Assembly (NCBI GenBank): GCA_025201805.1
Contig: MU619321.1
Coordinates: forward strand, 62,001 to 126,000
Origin: Parasitella parasitica NRRL 2501
Taxonomy: Eukaryota; Fungi; Mucoromycota
Direction of reading: 5' to 3'
DNA length: 64,000 nt
In this document: piece by piece, positions 25,510 to 38,752 of the stretch
Layout of the letters: every line of letters starts with the position of its first letter
How positions within the stretch are numbered: the first letter of the stretch is position 1
Program-made: the position numbers and the translations under genes
Notes under the pieces: generated by a model
What the model was told of the DNA's origin: nothing
Databases searched by the model: none
Seen by the model: the letters and a program-made list of their open reading frames with translations, nothing else

Positions 25510-25910
25510 AGGATTCACATTTCAAGGCAGAGTTACAGTCCTCAATTCGCTCATTTACTCCAAGCTCTGGCATGTCATGTGTCTGTTCACCTTTACCAAG
25601 GCACAAATCTCTTCTATTCAGCAGATTGGCGCCTCTCTTGTCAACCATGCTTCCAAAGTTACGCGATTTTCCTTTGCTACTCTATCTCTCCCTCGTGCTA
25701 AAGAAGGCCTCAGTCTCTTCGATCCAGCTCTTCAGGCCAACGCTCTGCAATGGCGCTGGTTGTGTCCTCTCCTCGACCCGTTACAGATCACTCCTCCACA
25801 AATGGTGTCCCTTCCTTATCTTAAATCCTATCTTACCCTCTCTCTTAGCTCTTGTTGGATCGGCGACATTTGTTTTTCAAGTTTCCAGTAGAGCCATTTT
25901 AACTCTGTTC
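25510..25910 (+). mobile_element. Non-LTR retrotransposon (L1/Tx1-like) ORF2 fragment, region C-terminal to RT
   Basis: QGRVTVLNSLIYSKLWHV...FATLSLPRAKEGLSLFDP..QANALQWRWL. Matches the typical LS..GR..L.NSL..SKLW and L.LP...GGL...D motifs. Confidence 0.8.
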
Positions 25911-27774
25911 ACAACACAGTCTGATTAAGTCCTTCTCCTGTAACCCTCTTTTCTACATGAATGGCATATAATGATGCCCATTTTAGTTCGCTTTTATAAT
26001 AATTGCAAAATTGGAAAGCTTAGTAAATAACATACGTTCTTCAACAGTCTCAGGGTTGAACATTATTTTGCAATTTACTCTTAAAATGATCCTTTTCGTG
26101 ATGAAGATACTGTATCAATATTGAACTTCATATCAGATAAACATAAATAAAAACCAAATCATTTTAAGAATTGAGACATGTCAAACTGCAATGTATTTAT
26201 TGATCTGTAACTTCGAAATGTAATAGATCAGCGTTTCAAGCGATAACCTCGTGAAGACTCTGGTCACTAAAGCATATCAAGCGATTGCCCTATGGTTGAA
26301 TTGGTATATTGATACAGTTTCACAGCCTTTGCAGACGCTTCTGTCAATACTTTCAATAAAAAAATATTCATAGACCTTCGGATCCACCTTGAAATAAAGG
26401 CGGATACGTCTTACGTATCAGTAACTAATTGACCACAATCAAGAGTTACAACCCGTTGTGCTATAGTATTCATGATAACTAGATATTCAGCATTCTATTT
26501 TAACACCTCCAGCGCATAGCAAAACATTTTCTGAAGCATCCTGGATTTTTTTTTAGGACTTCCGTGATATTGATATTAACTTATCACTTGGCTGCCTGTA
26601 CACATACAACGAACATATCAAAGATACTTACAAGAGACTCTTACACTATCTGCTCTTAAGTATAGCTGATCCTTACTCGCGAATACTTTTAGTCTAATGA
26701 CACTTTTTTTAAATCGTATTTTACACCACCAACATTTGAAAACGATGTTACGAGTGAAGTTACGAATGGAGCCACTCCAAGCAACATTTGAAAATAGAAG
26801 CCGAGTATTTGGCTATCGCTTCGTTCTTTTTCGCTTGTACTCCTAATAAAAGAATAAGGCTTTGGGTACTACCACAAGACGAAAGAAAGAGGCTTAAGCC
26901 TAATGTCAAGATACGCAAATCATCTAAAGATGTACAGACAAATTATATATGTACATCAATAATGGTTTCATGTGGCAAATCAATCATCAACGAAAGACAC
27001 AGATTCATGGTTAGTGGTTTTATTCTATTCTTTATGCTCGTAAACTTTCGATAATCACATCCCTATGCTTGATAATTTGCAATTTTAGGTTAAATAACTT
27101 TATTACATCTTTTCCTATGCCTGGTAATTTGCATCTCGTAACTCTCGCATTGCGATAGGCACATTTTATAAAATGTCTCAATGCAAATATGGAACTGAAA
27201 ATAATGAAGGAGATCGAGTATCTCGTTAATAAAGTTATTACTAGAATCTTGCAAAAAGTATGGCCTCGTTCGTTTTGGCTCATGTTATTATTTCTTTCAA
27301 TAGCTGATCCTGCTAGATGGAGGCAGGATAAAATGTATGTTATCTAAATCCATAAGAGGAGGATGGGATATAATCCGTTTTCTATGCATTTCATAGCATT
27401 CCGGGAGCAAACCCTCTTGTAAGTCTTCCTGTCCTCATTGAATATTCACTTTTTCTCAATAATTTGAATGTGTTCTAGGATCAATATAAACAGCATTCGG
27501 TTATTGAAAAAATCTTTCTTGTTACATTGTGAAGGATTTTCTTTTTGCTTCGATTCCCTTTTCCTTCAGTTTGCTTTTTTACTATTATAAATCTTATTGA
27601 AAGATTTGATATAAAAGAGCTGATAACCGCCTAAATTTACTAGTGCGAAAAAGAAGAAACCAATAAAGGAATAACTTCAGTACACACATCTATTACATCT
27701 CTGCTCCTCAAACACTTTTGTAGTAGAAGTGACTAAAAGCGATTTACAACATCTTAAATTGATAGATTTTCAAT

Positions 27775-30700
27775 ATGGAACAGATAGAACAAGCTGTAAT
27801 GTACGCTCTTGGCCCTCAAGTTGACCCTAGTTTGAAAGCCCAGGTAATTTTTTAAATAAACTCGGATAGATTACGTGCATTTTATGAACGCGTCTGCGTA
27901 TTAGGCAAATGAATACTGCGAGCAGGTAAAAAATTCTAATGATGGCTGGCAACTGTGTATTCAATTGTTCATGAAAGAACCGAAAGCGTAAGTTTTCACT
28001 AGAAATCAAGCTGATTTTTTTTTACATATACACTAAAACCCAAATGGCAGACTTCCAGAAGCAAGATTTTTTTCACTCCAAGTATTAGAAAATACCTTAA
28101 GAAACAAGTAAGTATTCAATGGAAGTAACCTTGGTCCTTACCTTAATTCTGACTTTTTCTTGCAGATTTGAGACTTTGGATAATGCTGCAGTCGAGTACA
28201 TTCAACAGACTATGATGGGATATCTTCGTAGAGAGTTTGTTGACGACACCAGTGGATCAGAGGAGTCATGTAATGGTTAAACCAGATTGTATGGAAAAAT
28301 TTTGCTAATGCCCTTTTTTCGTTGATAGTCATACGAAATAAAGTGGCTCAATTGCTCACTATATTATTCACACATGTATACCCAACAACCTGGCCCTCCT
28401 TTTTCAAGGACATGATAGCAGTTGCCAAAACGCCTGTTGGCACACCCAGTCATGAGAAAGCCGCCGATTTTTTTCTGAGACTATGCATTAGTATCGACGA
28501 AGAAATCGCTAGAATGGACATTCCTAGAACTCGTGAAGAGGTTATTCGCAACACAAACATCAAAGACACCATGCGTTTAGGCGATATTCAACTGCTAGCA
28601 TCATTCTGGTTTGATCTTTTGCAAGAGTTTAGATCAACCAACCACAGCATTGCTCAACTATCGCTGAAAAACATTGGGTCTTTCGTAGCTTGGATGGATA
28701 TTTCACTTGTAGTCAATGATCAAGTTATGGGCGTATTATACGAGCTATTGTCTGACGCAAACTTGCGCATACCTGCCAGTGAATGCTTGGCTGATGTTAT
28801 CAGTAAAGGCATGTTGCCTGTGGATAAGCTGAATATGCTTCAAATGCTGAATATTACAGACATTTTGAGTAGATTAGATCTGGTGAATTTCTCTAATGGA
28901 CACATATGGCATTTGAGATACTAATACTGCTTACTTAGTCTGAACCCGAGTTCGTTGAATACGTTGCTCGCCTGATCAATACTTTGGGTACTGAGCTTTG
29001 CAAAATCTACGCCGAGACGACTCTTCCAAACGAAAAAAAGCAAACAACATGGAATATGATTGAACAAGTAATACCTTATTTGCTGAAGTTTTTGGGGAAT
29101 GAATATGATGACACCTCTTCTGCTGTATTCCCCTTTGTAAATGACATGTTGTATATTGTAAGTAATTTTCTTGCTTTGGATTGACTGGATGTGCATACTG
29201 ACCTGTTTTTTTTTTCCAGTACAAGAGACAGAAAAAGCCAATGCAAACGTTTTCTCAAGGCCAACATGAATTCCTTGCTTCTTTATTGAATGTTGTCATC
29301 GTCAAATTGAGATATGACGAAGACACTGACTGGAGCGATGATCAAGACGAGCCTGAGGAAGAAGCTCTGTTTTTTGAAATGAGAAAGGTAGACTACACAT
29401 AACGCTATTGAAATATTGAAAAAGAAATAACGCTTGTTTTGTAGAATTTGCGCATTTTTGCAGATCATATTGCCATGATCAACGAAGATTTGTATGTGGG
29501 TTATATTCACTCATTTGTCATGGACACTATAAATAAATATAAGGCTGGCACAGAGTTGAATTGGCGTGATGTTGAGTTATGCCTGTACGTCCTTTATTGC
29601 TATGGCGAGGCTCTCTCTAAGGCTGCTATGGTCTTTGTTACTTCAAATGACACGTTGTCTCCGTTGGGTGAATTGGTTTCTGAAATGGTTCAATCAAGTA
29701 AACTATTACCCGACTTTTGCGCCTATTTTTGATTAATCCTTCTTACTTTATTAGATATCTCTGCTTACCATCACCCTTCTTGTGCTATGCAGTACTTTGA
29801 AAATGTCACTCGCTATTACCAGTTTTTCGAGCATCGCCCTGATCACCTTCCACAGGTATTAGCAGCCTTTGTTGATAATAGAGGCTTGCACCATCCTGTC
29901 AAACAAATTCGTACCAGATGTTGGTATTTATTCCAGCGATTTGCGAAGAACTTGAAGCCTAAAATGTCTCCCTACGTTGAGAATGTTCTATCATCACTCG
30001 GAGATTTGTTAAACATCCAAGCTGAGCCAGTTGTCGAAGCCAATACCATGGATGGAATGCCGATCCCTGCAGCGTCTACTTTTGATAGTCAATTATATCT
30101 GTTTGAAACTGTTGGCTTATTAATCTCAATGGAAGGTATCGATCCTATGAAACAGACAGAGTATCTCAAGATTGTTCTAGTGCCCTTGGTTGAAGGTATT
30201 CAAAAAGCAATGGCCCAACCATTTTCAGATGACGAGTTGTTTTTGCTTCAACTACACCATTATATCATGGCTATTGGTAGTGTCGCTAAGGGTAAGTTGC
30301 GTATAGAATTGTATTTGCTTTTTGTTGATGTCCAATTATCATTGTAGGATTCCCTACTCTTGTTAGACCAGCCGACAGCACACAACAACCTTGGTCCGTC
30401 GTTTTTATTCAAGCTACAGAGATCATTTTGAGCGCCTTGCAAAGCTACAACCAAATGGCCGTCATTCGCGATGCTGTTAGGTATACATTTGCTCGTCTAA
30501 TAACTTGTCTTGGAACTCAAGTGCTTCCCTATTTACCTTCACTCATCAATGGCCTTTTAACTGAATGTCAAGTTACAGAACTGGTTGACTTTTTGCCCTT
30601 TATCGGTCTCATTGCTCATAAATATAAGCCAATGATTGAACCCATTATTGATCAACTCTTGCTGCCCTTGGTTAGACGGGTCTTCGACTTTTTAGACACT

Positions 30701-31083
30701 ACTCCTTCTGGAACTGATGAGGCCTTCTTATTGCTGGACTTGCGCAAATCGTACTTGAATTTTGTATTGAGCTTGTTCAACGCTAATCTAGAAATGGTCT
30801 TTGTCAGTGAACGCAATTTAGAATCGTTAGAAACAATTTTAAAAACATTCTTGCATTTCGCAAAAGACAACTCTGATCCCACAACACAAAAAATGTCATT
30901 TGGTGTATTTTTAAAAACGGTAAACTCTTGGGCTTCCAGCACGACTTCAGCTTCAGCTCCCACAATTGCAGGATTCGATCAGTTTGTGTACAACGAACTT
31001 TTACCAATTACGTTCTCAGTTCCTATGAGTGCCTCTTTCAATTTAGCAGATGGACAATCTATCTTGGTATGTCTGACACAAAT

Positions 31084-31119
<36 letters not shown>

Positions 31120-31384
31120 CCTTTTATTTTTTTTTGGAGAAATGACAAGTATTCAAAAGACAATGTGCTCTAAACAAGGAGCAGATTTTATTGAATATAT
31201 GAAGAGAATTTTCCTTCCTTCTATCCAATGCCCTCCTGAAACAGCAGAAAGATACTGTCAGGCTGTGCAGCAGTATGAAGGTAGACAATTTAAAAAATAC
31301 TTCCAGGTAAGCTTACTTGACGTGAATAATTGACTGGATTCCTGACACTTTTCATAGTCTTTCATCTCTGAGGCAAAAAGTTAA
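27775..31384 (+). CDS. LOS1: Exportin-T (tRNA export receptor, Los1/Xpo-t), ~12 exons
   Basis: Importin-beta-like HEAT protein: RNKVAQL...YPTTWPSFF, FFLRLCISIDEEIA, RNTNIKDTMR, WMDISLVVN, FVDNRGLHHP, FDSQLYLFETVG, SGTDE. Confidence 0.92.
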
Positions 31385-33069
31385 AAATGCAAAGCTACTT
31401 ACATATCTCATCCCCACCCCCTTTTTTTTATGAAGTTAAGATGATCAAATAATAGTAATAAAAAGAAACCTCTGTAATTTAGAATGAAACCTCTTGATAC
31501 TATCCGGCTAAAAAGAAACTATCGCTTTTTATCTAATTATGAAAAACAAGAATACTTAAGTCTCCAATCAACTCTGAATATTTCAACCTTTTTATCCATG
31601 ATTTTCTCTATTTATCTGCTTTGAAATATACGAGTCGGATATGATTAATCCTAATAGTTGAAGCATGAAAATGAGTAGTAATGCTGTCAACCGCTGATTT
31701 TTGAATAAACATTTAAGAGATACCTAAATTTATGGCCGTAGAATATGTTTAATGGCTATAAGCATAGTAATGGATTGCCGCTTCTCTAGTAGTGAGTGAC
31801 TAATATGTTGCAAAATAAAGGTTGACAATATAACTACGTAGTGTTCAAACCAGAGGTAGCATTGAAATCATTATTACTCAAATTGGAATAGGTCTGATTT
31901 ATTAGTGATCTATTAAAACCAAAAATCGATCGAATGAGCGTCAGTTTTGATGTACAAGCTAAGTTTCATAAAGGCGTGCTAGTATGAGATACGAAAGGTT
32001 TTTGCAACATGCTATCAATGATGCATACGCTTGGAAAATTTGGTAGATAATTTACCAAACTTGATCCGCAGATAAGCATAAAGGTACATTTATACATAAT
32101 CGTTACAAGTGCGTGAAAAGTAGTATGTAATGTTGTGTGATAATCTGCAAATGACACATAGAAAAAACAACACCAAATATTACTAGACGAAGTATAGTAA
32201 GTACTAATCCTATTAGAGGCGCAGATTTCAACACTTGATAACCGTATTTAGGTTCTCGCTGCAACATATCCGACATAAACTTTCAATGTACAGCATTGAT
32301 CACTCCTGTGGTTCAACAAACATGCTCAAGGTCATTGTACATATATTTCTAGGCATGACAGTGTGCACAATTGCGATTTTTGTAAATAACAGCAATATTT
32401 GGTTTAGTGTTTTTATGATTTTTTTAAAAAAAACCTTATTACATCGAATTAAGCAAATGAGATGCCACAACTTTTATACAATGATGTGGGTTAATATTAA
32501 ATAGCCATATATTGAATGATGCGAGCGAATGATTCATAAGTCATTTTCCAAAAAAAAAAAAAAAAGGGGGGGATCAATTCTAGTCATGAAACGGATTTGC
32601 TTATTTTCTCGGAATGATATACGGAAATAAACTATAGAGACATCTCACGTTACTGAGTATTTGATTTTGTATTCATTAAATGATCTTTGCACTACATATT
32701 CAGCCAAGAGATTTTGATACATTCTAGGAGCTCAGAGGTGTGCCATTCACTTAAAAACAAGGCAGGAGATATCCAGTCGGTCGTTTCTTTGCTCAAGCCA
32801 AAACCATCCGTTGCTCCTTGATTTTGCTATAGCAAATGCATGAGCGCATGAATATGAGTATCACGAGAGGGTATAGAGGCAGTTTGAAGAATTTAAACTA
32901 TTTGAACTAATCAGATCAAATCAAACCTCACCTGTCGTCATGGCTGTATAAAGAAAAGACTAGCTCTTTTTTTCTTTCTTTCTTATAAATTCATCCTTCT
33001 TCCCTCTTCCCTCTTTCTTCTTCTTTTTTAATGCTTTTTACTTTTTAATTTACAAGGTAATTCCACAAG

Positions 33070-35154
33070 ATGCTATCGCACATCAAAGATTTGTTTCGCC
33101 AAAGAAAAGAACGGCAACAGAGAAGGTTTTTTAATAACACACATTTCATCAACAGACACCAGGCAAAAACGAAAACGATGGCTAGAAATGATGCTGTCCT
33201 GGTCGAGGAGCCGCCTGCAGCTCCAGTGCAGCAGCAGAATAGACCGAATCAACAGAAGCGCGCAAAGCAAATGTCGACAGATACCATTGTCGCTCAACCA
33301 ACCGAGAAAGTCAACGCCGCCGAAGAACTAGCCAATCTATTGGTGGAGGCTGACAACAAGAGAAGGAGCCAATTGCCTATTTACCCAGGACTGGAACGGT
33401 TTGAAATGATTAGAAAACTTGGAGAGTAAAGTTTTTGTACTCGTGCTAAATGCATCAAAGACTCATTATTTTTTTTTAGTGGAGCGTTTTCAAATGTATT
33501 TGAGGCTCGAGATTTAAAAACTGGAAAGCGAGTAGCCATTAAAGTAGCTCAGAAATCCCATCCTAATGACAAGGTAACATCTTGCCTCTATATATCATTA
33601 CTAATACTAATCGTAACAATTAAGAACACCGGGCAGCGCCATTTGCATTCTAGTATAGTCAGAAAGCCCAGAGCAACAGAGGTAACTAATTGACTATGAT
33701 ATCATGATTGTGTAGCGCGCAAAGAGCTAAATTTATGGTATGTTTCTTTGATAAAGCGAGCCAACATAATGAAAGAAGTTGAAATCATGCGCAACGTCAG
33801 ACATCCAAACATTGTGCAGCTGATTCATTATATGGAGTCCTGCGACAACTACTTCCTAACATTGGATCTATGTCAAGGTGGCGAATTGTTCCATCAAATA
33901 GTAAAACTTACCTACTTCAGTGAAAAATTGTCCAGACATGTTATTACGCAAGTTGCCTTGGCTGTTCGTCATCTGCACGAAGAATGCGGTGTCGTTCATC
34001 GTGATATCAAGCCTGAAAATATTTTATTTGACCCAATCCCTATCATACCTTCCAAAAAGCGCATCTATCGCCCTACGGACAGTGCTGACAAGGAAGATGA
34101 AGGCGAATTCATACCTGGAATTGGTGGTGGTGGTATTGGGAATATCAAGTTAGCCGACTTTGGACTGTCCAAAGTAATTTGGAATAACTCTACGTTAACT
34201 CCATGTGGCACTGTTGGCTACACTGCACCAGAAATTGTAACAGATCAAAAGTAAGTGATCATGCATTAGCTTTAAATTGCCTTTTAACGACTCAACAATA
34301 TGCGGTACAGGTATTCTAAATCTGTAGACATGTGGGCTATCGGCTGCGTACTCTACACTATCTTATGCGGCTTTCCACCTTTTTATGACGAGTCTATCCC
34401 TACTCTTACCGAAAAGGTGGCTCGCGGTCAATATACATATCTAAGCCCTTGGTGGGATACCATTTCTGATTCAGTCAAGGACTTAATTTCGCATCTACTA
34501 TGTGTTGATGTTAGGAAAAGATACACTATTGATCAATTTCTCAACCATCCTTGGATCAAAGAAGAACCGTTTATTCGCGATGATCATTTCGAAGCCATGC
34601 CAGTTAGAAGAAATCAGTTGTTCCAAGCGGTATCTGCGAGCAATCAATACAGACAACATAAACAAGAGCGAGCTGAACAGAAAGAAACAGAAGCCGCTTT
34701 TGAACAAGCAGTTAAATCTAATATATTAGTACCGCACGTGATTGAGCAAGGAGATGATTTGTTAATGGATGATGATAGTAGCATAGTATACTCGACTCCA
34801 GATGCGAATACCCTTCGAGGTATCCTTGACATAACATATGCAGTTCAGCGCATGGGAGAAGAGCAATCATTGAATAATACACAGCATAAGCAAAACCCTA
34901 CAAAACAAGTGAAACAGCGACAACCGCTAAACGTAGTGCAGGTACCATTAGCGCAACAAAACCAAAATTTGCCCATAGCACAACAACTAGCAAAACATAG
35001 TCGTGGCGTGGCAAACCCTATAAATTATCGTAACCATAAGCCAAGTAACCAGCATTCAGCTCCAAACAATATGTTTGGTCCAGCAGCCTTTCATCTGGAC
35101 ATGAATAAAGCGACGCTTATGAAGAACCGTAAAGCCATGAATCTGAAAGCTTAA
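33070..35154 (+). CDS. CAMK-group Ser/Thr kinase, Srk1/Rck2 (MAPKAP-like) subfamily
   Basis: YPGLERFEMIRKLG.GAFSNV, HRDIKPENILF, the subfamily insert DEGEFIPGIGGGGIG.IKLADFGLSK, TPCGTVGYTAPE, YSKSVDMWA. Confidence 0.93.
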
Positions 35155-35264
35155 TTAAGCAAGGGAGCATACTGGTAGTGTACATAGATTCGAATGAGCC
35201 GAAAATTAACATATTATTATTATTCATGCAAAAAATAAAATCCCCATTCCTTTCACTTTTAAAT

Positions 35265-36007
35265 ATGTCATACGATATTATAGCACCAGGAGAGAAAACA
35301 CTTAATTATAACGATACCTCCGAAATGTAAACATATATACAAAATAGCTTCATGTTAACATTTACCCAAACAACATTTATAGTAGTAGCAGCATCGAGTT
35401 GTCAAATAGCGAGCCATCAGCAACGGCAAGAAATCGTCGCATATCCACTGCTCATATCGAATCCAGCAGTATTCTGCAAAACACTCAAGCAAAGTTTGCA
35501 TATGATGAACTAGTGTCAGCCTGTGCGGATTATTTGGGTGCATCCATAATCTTGGACGCTATTGTGATGCATTTCGCTGAATCCATCTTGGCTGTAGTTG
35601 GGTCACCTATGACATTAGATTCTGCCGAAGTCAAGCGCCGTTTGGAACAAGTGCTTCCAGCAAGTCATGAATATCGCCATCACAGAGGTATGACCATATC
35701 AGACGAAGATTGTACAGTCTTGTGTAGTCTCGCTGATCGAGTCATTAATATGCCCATCGAACAAGAAAGCAATGTGAATATTGTGGATAGTGAGGATGAG
35801 CAATCGCAGCAGCAACGTCAACGATTTGAGCATAGTGATATTCAATACATCAGACATGATGCAACCAAATTCGAACAACCACTTCCCAAACACTTGCCTA
35901 ACTTTGTTGACGCCAACCCTGACATTGGAGAAAAAGACAATATTGAATATGATAAGGATATCACGCCGTATGATAGTGAAACTGATGATGATGGTCAAAT
36001 GATTTAG
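35265..36007 (+). CDS. Hypothetical protein, 2 exons, with a weak Nop56/Nop58-like segment
   Basis: ATG at 35265. A phase-2 intron (GTAAAC..TTTATAG) joins it to the open frame 35399-36007. Acidic C-terminus. Confidence 0.65.
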
Positions 36008-36091
36008 CATAGTACGAGTAGTGGCTTATATACTCGTCATAATCCGAAAAAAATAAAACAAACTAGCGTTTCTATATTTACAACTACAACT

Positions 36092-36586
36092 ATGAGCTGT
36101 TCTTCATGTGGAGGTTGCTTCACAGGAACTGGTTGCTCAACAGCCAAACTCTCAGCAAAAGAAGTGCTTGATGAATCAGTACGATTTCAGTCTTTATTAG
36201 ATCTAGCAACAATGCAACAAGAGTCTATAGAAGATCATAAAGTGCATGATCATGTAATACCCACCATAATGTCTGAATTATCAAAAAATGTATATGCATC
36301 ACAAATTGTACTTTTTCAAGCATACGATGAATTAGAGTTGGCAGAATTCTTATTTTTGGTCAAGTACTTGTATGCAACAAAAATTCTTGGTGTGCATATT
36401 GCTTGGGCAGCAGAGTATTGTAAAGGAGATTTAAGAAAACTGTTGAAAATTTTGTCAACTGGAGAGGAAGAAGAAAAATCACTGTTGTTCCAGCATTGCG
36501 ATGACCAAGCCGAAATGCACGAAATGTTTGGTCAATTAACAACAGGCTCTGTAGGGAGAATTAGTATTCATAACATGAAATTTTAA
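36092..36586 (+). CDS. Hypothetical 164-aa protein with N-terminal CxxCxxCx5C motif, intronless
   Basis: Clean ATG-TAA ORF with protein-like composition; begins MSCSSCGGCFTGTGC. Confidence 0.75.
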   Translation: MSCSSCGGCFTGTGCSTAKLSAKEVLDESVRFQSLLDLATMQQESIEDHKVHDHVIPTIMSELSKNVYASQIVLFQAYDELELAEFLFLVKYLYATKILGVHIAWAAEYCKGDLRKLLKILSTGEEEEKSLLFQHCDDQAEMHEMFGQLTTGSVGRISIHNMKF

Positions 36587-36831
36587 TACATATACATAAA
36601 TATGTTATACCAGTTTCACCGGTTCTCTTTGTGATGTTAAAAGTTGTAAAGTTTTCAAAAATGTCTGCTTCGTAATCCATTAAAAACCATAGAATTTGGT
36701 TATTGTGGCAATTTTTTGTGATGGTTGTTATTTTAAATGAATTATCCAAATGTGAAAACAGAGCATAAGCATATCTATTTAATAACAACGGATTATAAAT
36801 AAATGATGATTGTAAACCTTTTGTACTTTAC

Positions 36832-37256
36832 TGATCTGCCATAATTTAAGGTAGGAAATCTGATGATGTACTTCAATTGAAAATTGGAGATTTTCCAATG
36901 ATGTGTTGTTATACTTGAAGAAAGTCTCTGTTTCAAATCGAGAGGGTTATCTGTAACACAGATCTGTATGATTGACAAACAATAAAGTGCTGTCAGATCA
37001 AAGATCAATAGTCTTGTAGTATAATGATACATCGTGCCCTGTGAAGAACATGATATTGCTTGCAAATTACTCGAATCGATTAGTATTGACTACTAGTATT
37101 TTAAATAAATCACCAAAAATTTATTTAGTTGTTAAAAAATATAAATAGTAGATACAAAGTTGAATCTTTACTAAAGTAATCTCAAGTTTTCGTATCTCGT
37201 TAATTCAACGGGTTTTATTAATACTTTTCTTATTTTCAATCTTGCAGATCTCAACA
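36832..37256 (+). mobile_element. Solo LTR (copy 2)
   Basis: Runs TGATCTGCC...GCAGATCTCAACA with 5-bp TSD TTTAC on both sides (36827-36831 / 37257-37261). Collinear with 510-929. Confidence 0.9.
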
Positions 37257-37273
37257 TTTACAAGCTCCTAAAA

Positions 37274-37630
37274 TGTTGGATAAAAAAAAAGATCGAAATT
37301 GCATCTGCTATTTATACTATTTACAACTACATAAACTTACGGTGACTTATTTAGATTACTAATTGACAAGACTAATTCACAGTGACAATCTACTTGACAG
37401 GGTACGATGTAAGATTATACAACAAGGGCTACACATCTTTGATCTGACAGTGCCTTAGCCTTTATCCTGGTGCTCAGATCTGTGTTACTCACAGGAATAA
37501 CCTTCTTGATTTGAAACAGAGACTTTATTCTCCAATTTGCACAAGCGTATCACATCACATCATTGGACAATCTTCAATCTTAAATTGAAGTACATTGCCA
37601 TGATCTCCTGTCTATAATTATGGCAGATCA
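37274..37630 (-). mobile_element. Older, internally deleted solo LTR (copy 3), inverted
   Basis: Reverse complement starts TGATCTGCCATAAT and retains GTACTTCAATT, AAAGTCTCTGTTTCAAATC, CTGTCAGATCAAAGAT, ACATCGTACCCTG and AATAAGTCACC. About 70 bp are deleted near its 3' end. No clear TSD. Confidence 0.8.
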
Positions 37631-38752
37631 ACATTTGTTCAACATATTTCTGTGGATGAATGAATCAATATTTATAAAACTATCAAAACGAATGTGAAGG
37701 CAATATAAAATACCATAATAATTTACTAAGATGCAAAACTAATAATGTTACTGATTGACAAGAAGCGTCTTATTTATATATAATAAATAATCTACATGAA
37801 TTAACCATAGAATACAATCAGATCATGTTTGGCATTTTATTGTCAAACAAGATTATTAACAACAAAACACAATAGTAGTCAGAGCAAGACCTACCTATAT
37901 TTGATATTACCTAATCGTTATTTATCAAAGTCATTCATCGATAAGTCTAAGCTTCGTAATTTAGAACAGGTAGAACCCAATAGATGGTATCTTGTGTAAG
38001 ACTCATTCTATTAATCACTTCTATTTTTTTATAGAATAACCGGTGAAATTTAGCCTTAGATTCGATCAGGAACGGTTATCATGACAACTGAGTTGAAATG
38101 GTGTTCATTCTATAGATACAACATACTTGCATACACATGTGCTTAGTAGCTACGAAAACAATAATTCCTACTTTGATAGATCATCATGGCTTGATCGTCG
38201 AATTTTTTTATTCCTCCTCTTATTTGCCTTGCAATAATAAACCTACATTATAATATTTTGGGAAAAACAAAAAAACAAGGCGATAAAACTCTATAATTGT
38301 AATAGCTTCTCAACGCTTTTTTTTTTATTGATCGAAAGTTATAAATGATGGAAAACTTATATTTTTGGACGATGCAAATAGCAATGCCCGTATTACGACT
38401 TCATTCGACAAGAATGTTTAACCAGCATATCTACTTGGATAAAACCAATAAAGGCTTCGTTTTAATGAAAAAGTGAACGTGCCCTAAAGAGTAGGTTACC
38501 TTCAACTTGACTTAAAAGCTACTGACCAAAGTTTCGAAGAGGTTATTTCAGTATACGAAAGGATCATATTGCTTTGTCGAACACAGTTTTTGATTTAACT
38601 TTTATTTGTCGAAAGCCACCGGATTTTTGGTCACAGAGCAACAATGCTTTTTTTGTGTTGATCACAAAGTCAAGTGAGTATTATAAAGAGAGGAAAAATT
38701 TCCTTCCTTTCCTTCCTTTTTTTATTATCAAACAAATTCTCAAACAAAAAAC

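Noticed and set aside
31067-31140. In-frame poly-Phe stretch or acceptor-less intron in exportin-T
   Set aside because: GTATGT is a normal donor, and the following poly-T region lacks a suitable AG. This is most likely a homopolymer assembly error rather than real coding sequence or novel splicing.
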